Positions 1-10,839 of a stretch of 64,000 bases of DNA are shown in pieces (positions within the stretch are counted from its first letter, which is position 1; each line of letters begins with the position of its first letter). Below the pieces are notes generated by a model. The model made no database searches. It was not told the DNA's origin and was given only the letters and a program-made list of their open reading frames with translations. Source of the DNA: an uncultured Chlamydiae bacterium. GTDB lineage: Bacteria > Chlamydiota > Chlamydiia > Chlamydiales > CACLRR01. The translations under genes and the position numbers were made by a program. The stretch spans positions 32,182 through 96,181 of the forward strand of contig CACLRR010000002.1 of the NCBI GenBank assembly GCA_902609415.1. Reading direction: 5' to 3'.

Positions 1-15
1 CTTTGTGAGGGAATT

Positions 16-969
16 ATGAAAAAGTGTGTGTTTTTGTTTGTAATTACTGGTTTGATCTGTCTGGAGGCAGATTCATTCATGAAAACAAGAGAAAGAGAAT
101 TTAAGGAGGATCAGTGGGGTGGTTACGTATATGCTGATTTCAATTATAGTGCATTAAGGGAGCTTCTTCCTTATAGATTTACTACGTCTGAAGTTCAATA
201 TATAGATGAAAGTAGTGATGCAATTAAACCAGGTTTTACTGTAGGTATTGGCACTTATACTCCCCATGATAACTGGGATTTTTTCGCTGAGTATACATTT
301 CTTTGGTTTGACTCAGATTTAAATCAAGTACGTATTGATAATATTATTAATGGTTTTATTCCATGGGTTTCAACTGCGATTGGAGTGAATGTATTTATTC
401 CTTACGATAATGGCTCAGCTCAATGGCGCATGCAATATAATGATCTTATTATTTCATTAAAACGAAATTATAAACTGACAAAAAAAATTAGTTGTCTCTT
501 AGAAAATGGCGTAAGAGCAATTCTGAGCAAACAGACTCTTGATTTTACTGATAATGATATCTTCACTGCGCTGGCAATAAACAACCAGCAGAAATTTATC
601 GGTATAGGTTGGCGTCTTGCTTTAGATACACGGTGGATGCTTGGAAGAGGGGTCTTCCTTTATTCAGACTTCGATCTATCTTTATTGGGCTCTCACTGGA
701 ATGTTGAAAGAAAAAATATTGGTAATACGATGCATAAAGGACGTATTAATGGACTGCAACCCATCCTTGGATCAAATATAGGAATTGGCTGGAGAACATT
801 TATTACTGGAATGCAGAGAAAGGATGAGTATGAATTTTCATTGATGCTAGGCGGTGATACTACTTGCCTATATGATCATGCTAGGTTCTTTCGTTTTGGA
901 GGGGATCTGCAACATGGTGGTTCTTTGTCGATTTATGGATTAAAGCTTCGAGCTGCACTTTCCTTCTAG
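16..969 (+). CDS. MOMP-like / Lpg1974-type outer-membrane beta-barrel porin
   Basis: N-terminal signal peptide, alternating amphipathic beta-strands (WDFFAEYTFLWF, GIGWRLALDTRW), C-terminal LSIYGLKLRAALSF ending in Phe (BAM signal). Confidence 0.7.
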   Translation: MKKCVFLFVITGLICLEADSFMKTREREFKEDQWGGYVYADFNYSALRELLPYRFTTSEVQYIDESSDAIKPGFTVGIGTYTPHDNWDFFAEYTFLWFDSDLNQVRIDNIINGFIPWVSTAIGVNVFIPYDNGSAQWRMQYNDLIISLKRNYKLTKKISCLLENGVRAILSKQTLDFTDNDIFTALAINNQQKFIGIGWRLALDTRWMLGRGVFLYSDFDLSLLGSHWNVERKNIGNTMHKGRINGLQPILGSNIGIGWRTFITGMQRKDEYEFSLMLGGDTTCLYDHARFFRFGGDLQHGGSLSIYGLKLRAALSF

Positions 970-3900
970 AAGAGGGAGATCTGTAAAATGCTCAGGGAAC
1001 GGTAGAGTAAATCCATCTGAGAGTTTTTTAAGTGTGATGAGAAGTAGTTCCCTGGGAGTTTTGATAGGAGGGAGTAGAAACGATTTTTTCTCAGCTTGCT
1101 TAGTTGAGGATCCCTTCTTTTCAACTAAAAGCGATGAGCTTAAGAATTTTAGAGATACGAATCTTTCTTTAGAGGCATAATTTCTCATTAGTGTGAGTGC
1201 ATAGAGCCAAAAGCAGGTTTCAGAGAGGGGACCAAAACGGTCGATCATCTCTTCAAATATTCCATCAATTTCGTGCTTGTCATGCGCTTGTCCGAGTCTA
1301 TTATATATTTCTAGGCGTATTGAGCTATCTGCAATATAGCTTTCAGGAATTTTTGCTATAAAGTGAGATTCGATTTTTGTTTCCATAAAATAGAGGGTAC
1401 CCCCCTTTTTCATTGCTTCAACAGTTCTTTTCAGCATTTTGCAATAGAGATGAAAGCCCACAGTTTCAATTTGACCTGACTGTTTTGTGCCAAGAATATC
1501 CCCTGCACCACGAAGTTCTAGATCACGCATAGCAAGTTTGATGCCACCACCAAATCCTGAGGTGTCAATAAGGGCATTTAGCCTCTTTTGGGACAGTTCC
1601 TTTAGCTCTTGGTTGGGAGGCACAAGAAAGTAGCAATAAGCAGATTTTTTCCACCTACCTACTCTTCCACGAAGTTGATAAAGTTCAGAGAGGCCAAAGC
1701 GATGAGACTGATCAATAAGTATTGTATTTGCATTTGAAATATCTATACCATTTTCAACAATGGTTGTAGCAATTAGGATATCAACCTCACCCTGTTTAAA
1801 TTGATGAAAAATCGAATCAATTGTCTCTGCAGGCATCTGCCCATGAACAGCTTTTATATTAGCATTAGGTACAAGTTTTTCTATATGGCGCATTACATCG
1901 AAAATTGTTTCTACTCTATTATGAATGAAAAAGACCTGTCCATCGCGTGCCATTTCTCTTAGTATGGCTGATCTAATAATCCCATCATCTCTGTCACAAA
2001 GTATGGAATGGATGGGTAATCTATCTCCTGGAGGAGAATTGATTAGAGACATTTCCTTTGCTTTAATGAGAGAGAAATAAAGTGTTCTTGGGATTGGTGT
2101 TGCGCTTAGAGTTAGGCAATCAACTCCTATCTTAAATCCTTTTAACTTCTCCTTGACACGTACTCCAAATCTTTGTTCCTCATCTATGATAATAAGGCCA
2201 AGGTTTTTAAAAGCCACATCCTTACTAATCAGACGATGTGTTCCAATAATAATATCAATACCGCCTAGGGCTAATTTCTTTAGGGTTTCCTTGTTTTCCT
2301 TAGCAGATTGAAATCTAGAAAGAATGCCAATATTTATAGGGTATTCCTTCATTCTTTCTATGAAATTTTCAAAGTGTTGCTCAGCTAGTATTGTTGTAGG
2401 CACAAGTACTGCTACTTGTTTTCCCCCAAGCGCTGTTGCTTTAAAGGCTGCACGCATTGCAACTTCTGTTTTTCCATATCCTACATCCCCACATAGTAGC
2501 CTATCCATAGGAAGATTGTTTTCCATATCACGATAGATCTCTTCAAGAGCTTTTAGTTGGTCTGAGGTTTCTTGGTAGGGGAAGTGGTTAGAGAATTGGT
2601 GCATGATTGCATTATTTGCTGGATAACTAATCCCCCCTTTGATCTCTCTTGCAGCAGCAGTTTTTAATAGATCTTGCGCATATGTCGTAACAGATTTTTC
2701 AGTTTGAGTCTTTATTTTTTGCCATTTGCTACTTCCAATTTCATGAAGAGGTGGAGGAGAATCATCTGAGCCAATATAGCGTGTGACAAGGTGGGATTCA
2801 GAGATAGGAGTATAAAGCTTTGCTCCCTTAGCATAATCGATGACAAGAAATTCAGCGGTGATACCAAGATGATTTGTGTGTTTTTCAATTCCCTTATATT
2901 TTCCAATTCCATTATGGAAATGGACAACAAGATCATTTATTTCAATTTGGTGAAAGTCTGATAGATCTGTATGGGTGGTAGTCCTCCAACTTTCTCTAGA
3001 GATCTTTCTTTTTTTTGTAAACTCAGTATAGGGAATAACAGTTAGATTTGCCTTTAGACAGGAAAATCCATTAGAAAGGTAACCCTTTTCTATGTTAAGG
3101 GTGCATTTTCTCTCTTTTGCTATTTGTTCTAGGTGTAGTTTCTCTGTAGTATCATCACATAGAAAGAGGGGGATTTCGTCGGGTTTAAGCTTACTAAGGA
3201 TATCATTTAGTCTGGAATTAAAGTTGTCTGAAGAGGAGGTGTAGTAGTCTTCGATTGTAATAAAAGGGTGTACTACTGTTTTGACAGGTATCACTTCATT
3301 ACATAGTCTAATTGCTGTTGAGTTAGCTTCACTAAAGTTTGATAGAGATTCCGATGCCATGAATATAGTGCGTTTTTTTGTAGCTTGCAAAACATTAGTA
3401 AATAGATCATAGAATTTAGGCATTTTTTCAATTTGAGTGTTGATTTGTGTATATTTATCCTCGATGGAGAGAATGTCATCAAATATACACAGAGTGTTTT
3501 CACCAAGATAATCAAGGATTGATTCTAATTGATCACTCTTCTTAATAAGAAGGTCTTCTCTCGCAGGTAGTACATTCATTGATTGGATCTTTTGATCTGA
3601 TTTTTGAGAGAGCGGATTAAATAGCCTAATGTCATCAATATCATCATCAAAAAACTCAATCCTTGCAGGTTCTTTAGCAGTAATTTCAAAGATGTCAACA
3701 ATGCCACCACGAACACTAAATTGACCTTTATCCTGAGTTAATTTGGTCCTTTCATAGCCAAGTGTTATGAGTGTTTTAGTTAGATGCTCTATTGAGATAG
3801 TATCACCAAGATTAAGTTGGAAATGCATGTCAACTAGTGTGCTTTGGGGGAGAACGCGTTGCAAAAGGGCATCAAGAGGTGTAAGAAGAATTACACTCTC

Positions 3901-4221
3901 TTTAGGATCTAATAACATATGAAGGATTTTAAGCCTTAATCCCATAAGATCTGGTGATGGCATCAGTCCTTCATGAAGTAAAAGTTCCCATGAAGGAAAT
4001 GAAAAGACATTGGAATTAAAATATTTTAGATCTTGATAGAGGATATCTTCATCTTTTCCGGAGGTAATGACAAGAATGTTATTACAAAGTTCTTTTTGTA
4101 GAGCCTTCATGACGAGAGCCTTTGGTCCTTGGAAGAGGCTTTCAATAGCTATCGGTTCGAGGGTTTTAATATGCTTAGTAAGAGACTTAGCAAAATCGGT
4201 CTGAAGAAATTGAGAGATCAC
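940..4221 (-). CDS. mfd: transcription-repair coupling factor Mfd
   Basis: UvrB-homology region (FSVRGGIVDIF), RID domain (VVHFHNGIGKY), helicase motifs CGDVGYGKTEV, DEEQRFG, SATPIPRT, QLRGRVGR. Confidence 0.98.
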   Translation of the reverse strand: MISQFLQTDFAKSLTKHIKTLEPIAIESLFQGPKALVMKALQKELCNNILVITSGKDEDILYQDLKYFNSNVFSFPSWELLLHEGLMPSPDLMGLRLKILHMLLDPKESVILLTPLDALLQRVLPQSTLVDMHFQLNLGDTISIEHLTKTLITLGYERTKLTQDKGQFSVRGGIVDIFEITAKEPARIEFFDDDIDDIRLFNPLSQKSDQKIQSMNVLPAREDLLIKKSDQLESILDYLGENTLCIFDDILSIEDKYTQINTQIEKMPKFYDLFTNVLQATKKRTIFMASESLSNFSEANSTAIRLCNEVIPVKTVVHPFITIEDYYTSSSDNFNSRLNDILSKLKPDEIPLFLCDDTTEKLHLEQIAKERKCTLNIEKGYLSNGFSCLKANLTVIPYTEFTKKRKISRESWRTTTHTDLSDFHQIEINDLVVHFHNGIGKYKGIEKHTNHLGITAEFLVIDYAKGAKLYTPISESHLVTRYIGSDDSPPPLHEIGSSKWQKIKTQTEKSVTTYAQDLLKTAAAREIKGGISYPANNAIMHQFSNHFPYQETSDQLKALEEIYRDMENNLPMDRLLCGDVGYGKTEVAMRAAFKATALGGKQVAVLVPTTILAEQHFENFIERMKEYPINIGILSRFQSAKENKETLKKLALGGIDIIIGTHRLISKDVAFKNLGLIIIDEEQRFGVRVKEKLKGFKIGVDCLTLSATPIPRTLYFSLIKAKEMSLINSPPGDRLPIHSILCDRDDGIIRSAILREMARDGQVFFIHNRVETIFDVMRHIEKLVPNANIKAVHGQMPAETIDSIFHQFKQGEVDILIATTIVENGIDISNANTILIDQSHRFGLSELYQLRGRVGRWKKSAYCYFLVPPNQELKELSQKRLNALIDTSGFGGGIKLAMRDLELRGAGDILGTKQSGQIETVGFHLYCKMLKRTVEAMKKGGTLYFMETKIESHFIAKIPESYIADSSIRLEIYNRLGQAHDKHEIDGIFEEMIDRFGPLSETCFWLYALTLMRNYASKERFVSLKFLSSSLLVEKKGSSTKQAEKKSFLLPPIKTPRELLLITLKKLSDGFTLPFPEHFTDLPLLEGKCSSKL

Positions 4222-6845
4222 AGATTGTCTATTTGGGTTTGGAAGGTTTTAAGAAGAGTATCTATATTTTTTGGCGCAGTGCCGCCTGCTTGAGCGCTCA
4301 TCTCTTTGCCACCTCCTGATCCACCAACAAGGGGAGCTAATTTTGTGATAAAATCTCTTGCACTTAATCCATTTTCGATCAAAGTTTTGCTCACCTTATT
4401 GATAATAAAGCAAGCACCTTCTGTTTCAGAGCAGAGTAGTATTATGCTTTTAGGTATTTCTGCAACAAGAGTAGATGCAAGAGATGAGAGCTCTCCTTTA
4501 TCGAGATCAAGTTTTTTGGCAATATACTGACCGTACTTAAAAGGGGTTGCTTGTTTTTTTAATTCATTTTTTGTTTGTTCTAAATACTGTTTACGCATCA
4601 TTTTATGTTCTTTTTTAATCTTGTCTCCTTGCTCTAAGATTTTAGTAAGTTGGGCTTCTATTTTGGCTCTAGAGGTTTTTAATTTACCTTCTAGTGCAAG
4701 GAGAATTTTGTCATGAGAGGATACTATCTCAAGAGCATTTACTGATGTTACTGCTTCAATTCTCCTTACTCCTGATGCTATGGAGGATTCACTTATGATC
4801 TTAAAGAGTCCTAGTTGGCAGAGATAACTTACATGTGTTCCACCACATAATTCTTTAGAGAAATCACCAACAGAAACAACTCGTACTTTTTCTCCATACT
4901 TATCACCAAAGAATTGGATGATCTGTGGATCATTTTGTATAGCACTATAGTCCACAATTTTAGTTGAAACTCTAGAGTTTTCAAAGATTTTTTGATTAAT
5001 CATCTTTTCGATGTTGAAAAGTTCTTCTTTTGAAAGAGCATTACGGTGGGAGAAGTCAAAACGTAGCCGCTCTTTTTCAACTAGAGATCCTGCTTGTTTT
5101 ATATGTGGACCGAGAATTTCTCTAAGAGCAAAGTGTAGAAGGTGAGTAGCAGTATGATTATTTGCAATGAGATTTCTATTTTCTGTATCTATTGTTGCAC
5201 AAATAGGCTCTCCTAGGATCAAGGAACCTTCGGTCAGTTTTCCATAGTGCGAAATAAGGCCAGTATAGGGAGAGGTAGTAGAAGAGACAATGAATTTACA
5301 GTTCTTGTGAGTTAATATCCCAATATCACCTGACTGTCCTCCCATTTCAGCATAAAAAGGGGTTTTATCTAGTATAATTTGTGCAGATTCCCCTTCATTT
5401 AATGATTCAATTTCTTTGCCATCCTTGATAATGGCAAGAATGGTAGAATTTTCTTTGCTTTCTGTATAGCCATTGAATTCACTAGGGCCAACCTTTTCAA
5501 GAAGCTCTTTGTATGCTGTGGAGGAGACCTCCTGAGCATGAGATTTATGCGCTTTTTTTGAGAGGTCTTTTGCTTTTTGTTCTAGAAGTTGAAATGTTTC
5601 TAGGCCAACTTCTAGATGATGATCTTTTGCAAGTAGAAGAATTTCGTCTATAGGGAAACCATAGGTGTCTTTGAGTTTAAAGGCATCTTTGCCTGAGATC
5701 TGATGGTCTTTGTTATTTTTAGCAGTATCAATGATTTTAGTAAGAATGGAGCCACCACGTCTTAAGGTTTTAAGGAAGGCTTCTTCCTCAGCATGTAGGA
5801 TGTTTGTTATCTTATCCTTAGCAAGGTTAAGCTCATTATAATCATTACCCATTAGATCAATTAGAGTGGGGAGAAGTTTTCCTAAGAAAGGCTCATTAAG
5901 TCCTAATTGTCTTGCATAGCGTACAGCTCTTCGTAGGATTTTCCTTAGGACATAGCCACGTTCTGTATTACTTGGTACTGCGCCATCTGCAATAGCAAAG
6001 CTAAGAGTACGTATATGATCAGAAATAACGTGATAGGCTTCCTTCTTGTTACTTGTTTTATAGCTCGAGTGTGTGATTTTTTCGATCGAATGAATTAACT
6101 CTTGGAATAGGTCAATTTCAAAGAGGTTGTCAACATTCATTTTTAGTGAGACAACTCTTTCTAGGCCCATCCCAGTATCAACAGAGGGTTTAGGAAGTTC
6201 TGTTTTCCGTCCTTCTTGGTTTTGATTATATTGCATGAAGACAAGATTCCAAAATTCAAAGAAGCGCTCACCTTCAGTATCATCAAGTGGTGAGGTAGCA
6301 TTGCCATATTTAGATCCCCTGTCTATAAATAGCTCAGTACATGGCCCACAAGGACCTGCCATGCCCATTGACCAGAAGTTGTCAGAGCCGCTAATTCTAA
6401 CAATTCTTTTTTCTGGGAGATGCTTTTTCCAGATCGCATAGGCTTCCTCATCTGTGTGATATACAGAGACATAAATTTTATCACTTTCTAGTTTAAGGTG
6501 ATTGACACTAAAATCCCATGCCATATCGATAGCCTCTTGCTTAAAGTAATCGCCAAATGAGAAGTTTCCTAACATTTCAAAAAAGGTGAGGTGTCTTGAG
6601 GTGTGACCTACATTCTCTAAATCATTGTGTTTGCCGCCAACCCTAACACATTTTTGAGAAGAACAGCAGCGGGAGTATTCTAGTTTGCTCTCTCCGAGAA
6701 AGACATCCTTGAATTGATTCATTCCTGCATTTGTAAAAAGTAGAGTTGGGTCTTCATAGGGAATTACGAGAGAGGAGGGGGCAACAAAATGGTGTTTTTC
6801 CTCAAAGTAATCTAAAAAAGCTTTTCGAATCTCTTTTGTATGCAT
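4218..6845 (-). CDS. alaS: alanine--tRNA ligase
   Basis: TLLFTNAGMNQFK, HLTFFEMLGNFSFGDYFK, editing motifs HTATHLLH and ELCGGTH, C-terminal GGSGGG. Confidence 0.99.
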   Translation of the reverse strand: MHTKEIRKAFLDYFEEKHHFVAPSSLVIPYEDPTLLFTNAGMNQFKDVFLGESKLEYSRCCSSQKCVRVGGKHNDLENVGHTSRHLTFFEMLGNFSFGDYFKQEAIDMAWDFSVNHLKLESDKIYVSVYHTDEEAYAIWKKHLPEKRIVRISGSDNFWSMGMAGPCGPCTELFIDRGSKYGNATSPLDDTEGERFFEFWNLVFMQYNQNQEGRKTELPKPSVDTGMGLERVVSLKMNVDNLFEIDLFQELIHSIEKITHSSYKTSNKKEAYHVISDHIRTLSFAIADGAVPSNTERGYVLRKILRRAVRYARQLGLNEPFLGKLLPTLIDLMGNDYNELNLAKDKITNILHAEEEAFLKTLRRGGSILTKIIDTAKNNKDHQISGKDAFKLKDTYGFPIDEILLLAKDHHLEVGLETFQLLEQKAKDLSKKAHKSHAQEVSSTAYKELLEKVGPSEFNGYTESKENSTILAIIKDGKEIESLNEGESAQIILDKTPFYAEMGGQSGDIGILTHKNCKFIVSSTTSPYTGLISHYGKLTEGSLILGEPICATIDTENRNLIANNHTATHLLHFALREILGPHIKQAGSLVEKERLRFDFSHRNALSKEELFNIEKMINQKIFENSRVSTKIVDYSAIQNDPQIIQFFGDKYGEKVRVVSVGDFSKELCGGTHVSYLCQLGLFKIISESSIASGVRRIEAVTSVNALEIVSSHDKILLALEGKLKTSRAKIEAQLTKILEQGDKIKKEHKMMRKQYLEQTKNELKKQATPFKYGQYIAKKLDLDKGELSSLASTLVAEIPKSIILLCSETEGACFIINKVSKTLIENGLSARDFITKLAPLVGGSGGGKEMSAQAGGTAPKNIDTLLKTFQTQIDNL

Positions 6846-7013
6846 TTTAACTCCCTAATTAAAATAAGAAGCATACGAGAGCCCAACTTTTCTTTCGATC
6901 TTTATTTTCATACAGTTGCAGTTTGTAAAAACTTAATTTTAAACAATTAATAAGTTGATATTAAGTATTAATTAAAATACAATTATATTTATTATTAATA
7001 ATTTAGGTGTTTT

Positions 7014-7382
7014 ATGGATTTATTTAATTATTTGAGTGATAGAGGGAGTACACCACAACAAATGGCTTTTAAGCTCGGTGGATTAGCAGGTACAGGAGCA
7101 ATTATGGTTCATGGACTTCCATTAATAACTCCAATTGCAGTAAACGCAATATCAGGATACCTAACAACAATTGTACCTGATTTTGCTGCAACTGTAATAT
7201 CAAATGCCACAGTGTATATTGTGATAGGAGCCACTGTGCCTACTGTAGTAAGTTCACTGAGCTCTGCTGGGAAAAAAATGGGTGAAGTTACATCACTCGG
7301 TGCTTTCAACGGAGTTTCAGGTCTAGCTGTTAGGGTTAAGGATCTATCTCATAAAGTAGTTACCTCTTTAAAAGGGGTCTAA
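7014..7382 (+). CDS. small hydrophobic Gly/Ala/Thr-rich hypothetical protein
   Basis: 122-aa ORF with AGGTG ribosome-binding site after an AT-rich intergenic region; no recognisable motif. Confidence 0.6.
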   Translation: MDLFNYLSDRGSTPQQMAFKLGGLAGTGAIMVHGLPLITPIAVNAISGYLTTIVPDFAATVISNATVYIVIGATVPTVVSSLSSAGKKMGEVTSLGAFNGVSGLAVRVKDLSHKVVTSLKGV

Positions 7383-7481
7383 AAGAGTAGTCTACAGAAG
7401 TTGTAAAGGCAAACACCAATAGGCGATCAAGAAGAAAGGATAAGGGTTTTTTATCACAAGTGATTGATAATTAGATAATAA

Positions 7482-7510
7482 TTGACAAATTAAATTTATT
7501 ATGTTATAAT
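7482..7510 (+). promoter_or_regulatory. perfect sigma70/sigma66 consensus promoter
   Basis: TTGACA (7482-7487), 17-bp spacer, TATAAT (7505-7510), about 30 nt upstream of ATG 7540. Confidence 0.85.
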
Positions 7511-7539
7511 GCTCTTGCTTTAACAACGTGGGGGTAAAT

Positions 7540-8718
7540 ATGTCTTCAGTTATTACGGCTAGATCGTATCCTATAGTATCCGACGCCAGAACATTACAAA
7601 GCGTTGAAAATAAGGTAGATACCGAAAAAGTAGCTACTGTTGCAAAGGAAGTTTTTGCACAAAAACAGGCTAATTTTGCTACTGCAGATGCCAATTTAGC
7701 AGAAAAGTATCCTAAAGCTCTTGTTGGCGGTGATGTCTTTACTTCAATGTACTTAATTCTTTCTGGCCTTAGTCGTTTTTCTAAGGTTATGCAGATTATT
7801 CCTATGTTGTCTACTGCACTTACCATATGTGGCGTTATTGGTGGTGCAATTAATATTGGTGTAGCCGCTGTTTGTTTTAAAGAGTCTATGAAGGCATTTG
7901 GAAATAAAGCCTATTTTCAGGGTGTCAAGCTTATGATTGATACCCTTTTATTGGGTGCGATTGGCGCCTTTATGATGATTGTTCCGATAGCTTCAAAGAT
8001 AGGCTTAGGTGCATTAAGTACATTTATTGCAGCAAATCCTTTTGTATTACCTGTATTATTTTTTGTTCTTATGGCTCCTACAATGATTGAGCTAGTTATG
8101 AGAATGAAAGATCGCTATCAGCATAATAATGTAGGGGATCTACTTGGATTAGACGAGATAACAACCCAGATAGAAAAAAAAGAATTTAATGCAGAAAAGT
8201 GGTTACAAGATCACATTCAACTTCAGACCTTCAGCAGGGGAAATGAACGGGAGATTGTAGAGCATGTAAGTGGGATTTTAGAAAATTATGCAGAAAAAAC
8301 TGGTGTAGAAGCAGCTATACCTGCATTTAATCTAATACAACATATTCTTGAAATGGCTGCAAAGGACAAAGAGATAAAAAAAGAGGAATACGAGAAGCTC
8401 CTTGCCGAGGTAGATAATGTGAAGAAGGAAATCAAGAAATGGGATAGGACGATTAATTTAAGGGTATTTCAGCAGTGCCTTTATATCTTTACTACAATAG
8501 CTTCCTTAGTTGGAGTTTTGCCAATGTTTAGAACAGAAGGTTTTCGCGCTATGGTTGACTTTGTAATGGGAGCAGCAAATGTTTTACCTACATATCTTGA
8601 TTTAAAGTTTCCCTATCAGAGAAATACTCCATACATAGTAAAGTCGGTTGATATTGATGAGGTGGTAGCAGCTTTAAAGGTCCCAAAGACAATGCGTAGT
8701 AGTAAAGATGCAGCTTAG
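7540..8718 (+). CDS. multi-pass membrane hypothetical protein; candidate type III-secreted / inclusion membrane protein
   Basis: Ser/Thr/Val-rich N-terminus (MSSVITARSYP), several long hydrophobic segments, coiled-coil-like middle; start moved from GTG 7528 to ATG 7540. Confidence 0.65.
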   Translation: MSSVITARSYPIVSDARTLQSVENKVDTEKVATVAKEVFAQKQANFATADANLAEKYPKALVGGDVFTSMYLILSGLSRFSKVMQIIPMLSTALTICGVIGGAINIGVAAVCFKESMKAFGNKAYFQGVKLMIDTLLLGAIGAFMMIVPIASKIGLGALSTFIAANPFVLPVLFFVLMAPTMIELVMRMKDRYQHNNVGDLLGLDEITTQIEKKEFNAEKWLQDHIQLQTFSRGNEREIVEHVSGILENYAEKTGVEAAIPAFNLIQHILEMAAKDKEIKKEEYEKLLAEVDNVKKEIKKWDRTINLRVFQQCLYIFTTIASLVGVLPMFRTEGFRAMVDFVMGAANVLPTYLDLKFPYQRNTPYIVKSVDIDEVVAALKVPKTMRSSKDAA

Positions 8719-8789
8719 TTGCACTAAAATATTCTTTGCATAATTCGCATGATGATGTATCTTTTACTCTTTATAATGAGGGTGAAAAG

Positions 8790-10838
8790 ATGGTGGCAAA
8801 GGTAGATAATTTACAGGATTTAAAATTGATGGCAAAGACGCTTAGAGCGTTATCTTTGGATGCAGTACAAACAGCAAATTCAGGCCATCCTGGTCTTCCT
8901 CTTGGGTGTGCTGAGTTGATGGCATACCTATATCTTTCGTCTGATTTTAGATTTCATTCAGGCGATCCTTGTTGGTTAGCCAGGGATCAGTTTGTATTAT
9001 CTGCAGGTCATGGATCTGCATTGTTATATTCAGCTTTACACCTAATGGAATATGATATCTCCTTGGAAGATCTAAAACAATTTAGACAGTTGGATTCAAA
9101 GTGTCCAGGACATCCAGAATTTCATATAGAATGTGGTGTTGAAGCAACCACAGGTCCACTAGGTCAGGGACTTGCAAATGCTGTGGGAATGGCAGTACAT
9201 GCAAAAATGATGGAAGGTAGATTTGGTGAATTATTTAAAAAGAAGGTGTATGCTTTAGCTGGTGATGGCTGTTTAATGGAAGGAATATCCCATGAAGCAC
9301 TCTCTTTTGCAGGACATTATAATCTTGATAACCTTGTTATAATTTATGATTATAACCGGATAACTCTTGATGCTGACTATAGTGTTTCATGTAGTGATGC
9401 TGTAAAAGAAAGGATGAAAGGTCACAACTTTGATGTGATTGAAATTTCTGATGGGAATAGTATTGAAGCTATTGCAGAAGGTTTTGCTCAGTTGGAAAAA
9501 CAGACAAGACCAGTTATTATTATCTTGAAGACAACGATTGGTTTGGGATTAAGTCCAAAGTTAGCAGGAACTCATTTTGCTCATGGAGCACCTGCAGGAG
9601 CGGAGGAAGTGGCTAATTTCAAGAAATCGAACGGATTAAATCCTGATCAATTTTTTTATGTGCCTGCGTCTCTTAAGGAAATTATTGCTGAGAAGAGTGA
9701 AAAAAATAGAGCGGAATACGAGAAATGGATGGGTGAGTTTTCTATCTGGAAACAGGAGAATCCAACAGAAGCAAAGATGTTTGATTTGATGGATAAAAAG
9801 ACAGATGCTTATAAGAATAATATTGATCAGGTTGCAGAGGATTTAAAAGCACTTTATTCAAATGAGCCGGATGCCTTGAGGTCGGTGCATGGCAAAGCTT
9901 TGCAAATTCTTGCAGATAGACTACCACAGCTTATTGGTGGTTCTGCTGATCTCTCTGCATCTGATAAGAGTCGCCTTAATGATTATGAGAGTGTGACCCG
10001 TGATAATTTTGGTCACGAAGCGCGCAATATTCCTTTTGGAGTCAGAGAATTTGCTATGGCTGCTATAACCAATGCAATAGCTGCACAAGGGATGTTTATT
10101 TCTTTTTGCGCTACATTTTTTACTTTTTCAGATTACATGAGAAATGCTGTTCGCTTAGCAGCACTCTCACACTACCCTTCCATATTTGTATATACACATG
10201 ATTCAATTTTTGTTGGTGAGGATGGACCAACCCATCAGCCAATTGAGCACTTAGCATCTTTAAGAGCTATGCCCAATCTTATTGTTTTTAGGCCTTGTGA
10301 CTCATATGAAGTGGCCGCAGTCTGGACATGGATATTGAATAATCAAAAAGGACCAGTAGCTATTGTATTGACTAGACAGAAGGTTGCTGTTGCTACAGAA
10401 AATGAGAACTTCTCATATGAGGATACTGTTGCAAAGGGAGCCTATGTTATTCGTGATTTTAATCCAAGTGAGGAGAAAGAGACACATGAAGTGCGCTTAT
10501 TTGCTTCTGGTTCAGAGGTGTCACTAGCAATAGATGTAGCAAGGTATCTAGTGAGCGACAAAGGATGTCGATGTAAAGTGGTATCTGTAACATCATTTGA
10601 GCTTTTTGATAAGCTTTCAGATAAAGAACAGCAGTCTATCCTAGGTAAAGAGGAAAATGTCAGACGGATCTCGATTGAGGCTGCATCTACATTTGGTTGG
10701 AATAAATTTGTAAGTAATGGACTAATGATTGGGATTGATACTTTTGGGCATTCAGCTAAGGCTATTGATATTCAGGAGAAAGTAGGACTTACAGTAGATC
10801 ACATTATAAGAAGATACAACGAACACAAGTGGACATAA
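8790..10838 (+). CDS. tkt: transketolase
   Basis: SGHPG, LSAGHGSALLY, TTGPLGQG, GDGCLMEG TPP motif, GEDGPTHQPIE; ATG 8790 has a GAGGGTG RBS (ORF track starts at TTG 8736). Confidence 0.98.
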   Translation: MVAKVDNLQDLKLMAKTLRALSLDAVQTANSGHPGLPLGCAELMAYLYLSSDFRFHSGDPCWLARDQFVLSAGHGSALLYSALHLMEYDISLEDLKQFRQLDSKCPGHPEFHIECGVEATTGPLGQGLANAVGMAVHAKMMEGRFGELFKKKVYALAGDGCLMEGISHEALSFAGHYNLDNLVIIYDYNRITLDADYSVSCSDAVKERMKGHNFDVIEISDGNSIEAIAEGFAQLEKQTRPVIIILKTTIGLGLSPKLAGTHFAHGAPAGAEEVANFKKSNGLNPDQFFYVPASLKEIIAEKSEKNRAEYEKWMGEFSIWKQENPTEAKMFDLMDKKTDAYKNNIDQVAEDLKALYSNEPDALRSVHGKALQILADRLPQLIGGSADLSASDKSRLNDYESVTRDNFGHEARNIPFGVREFAMAAITNAIAAQGMFISFCATFFTFSDYMRNAVRLAALSHYPSIFVYTHDSIFVGEDGPTHQPIEHLASLRAMPNLIVFRPCDSYEVAAVWTWILNNQKGPVAIVLTRQKVAVATENENFSYEDTVAKGAYVIRDFNPSEEKETHEVRLFASGSEVSLAIDVARYLVSDKGCRCKVVSVTSFELFDKLSDKEQQSILGKEENVRRISIEAASTFGWNKFVSNGLMIGIDTFGHSAKAIDIQEKVGLTVDHIIRRYNEHKWT

Positions 10839-10839
10839 T

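Noticed and set aside
7392-7826. 144-aa minus-strand ORF
   Set aside because: It overlaps the + strand gene and its consensus promoter; a shadow ORF.
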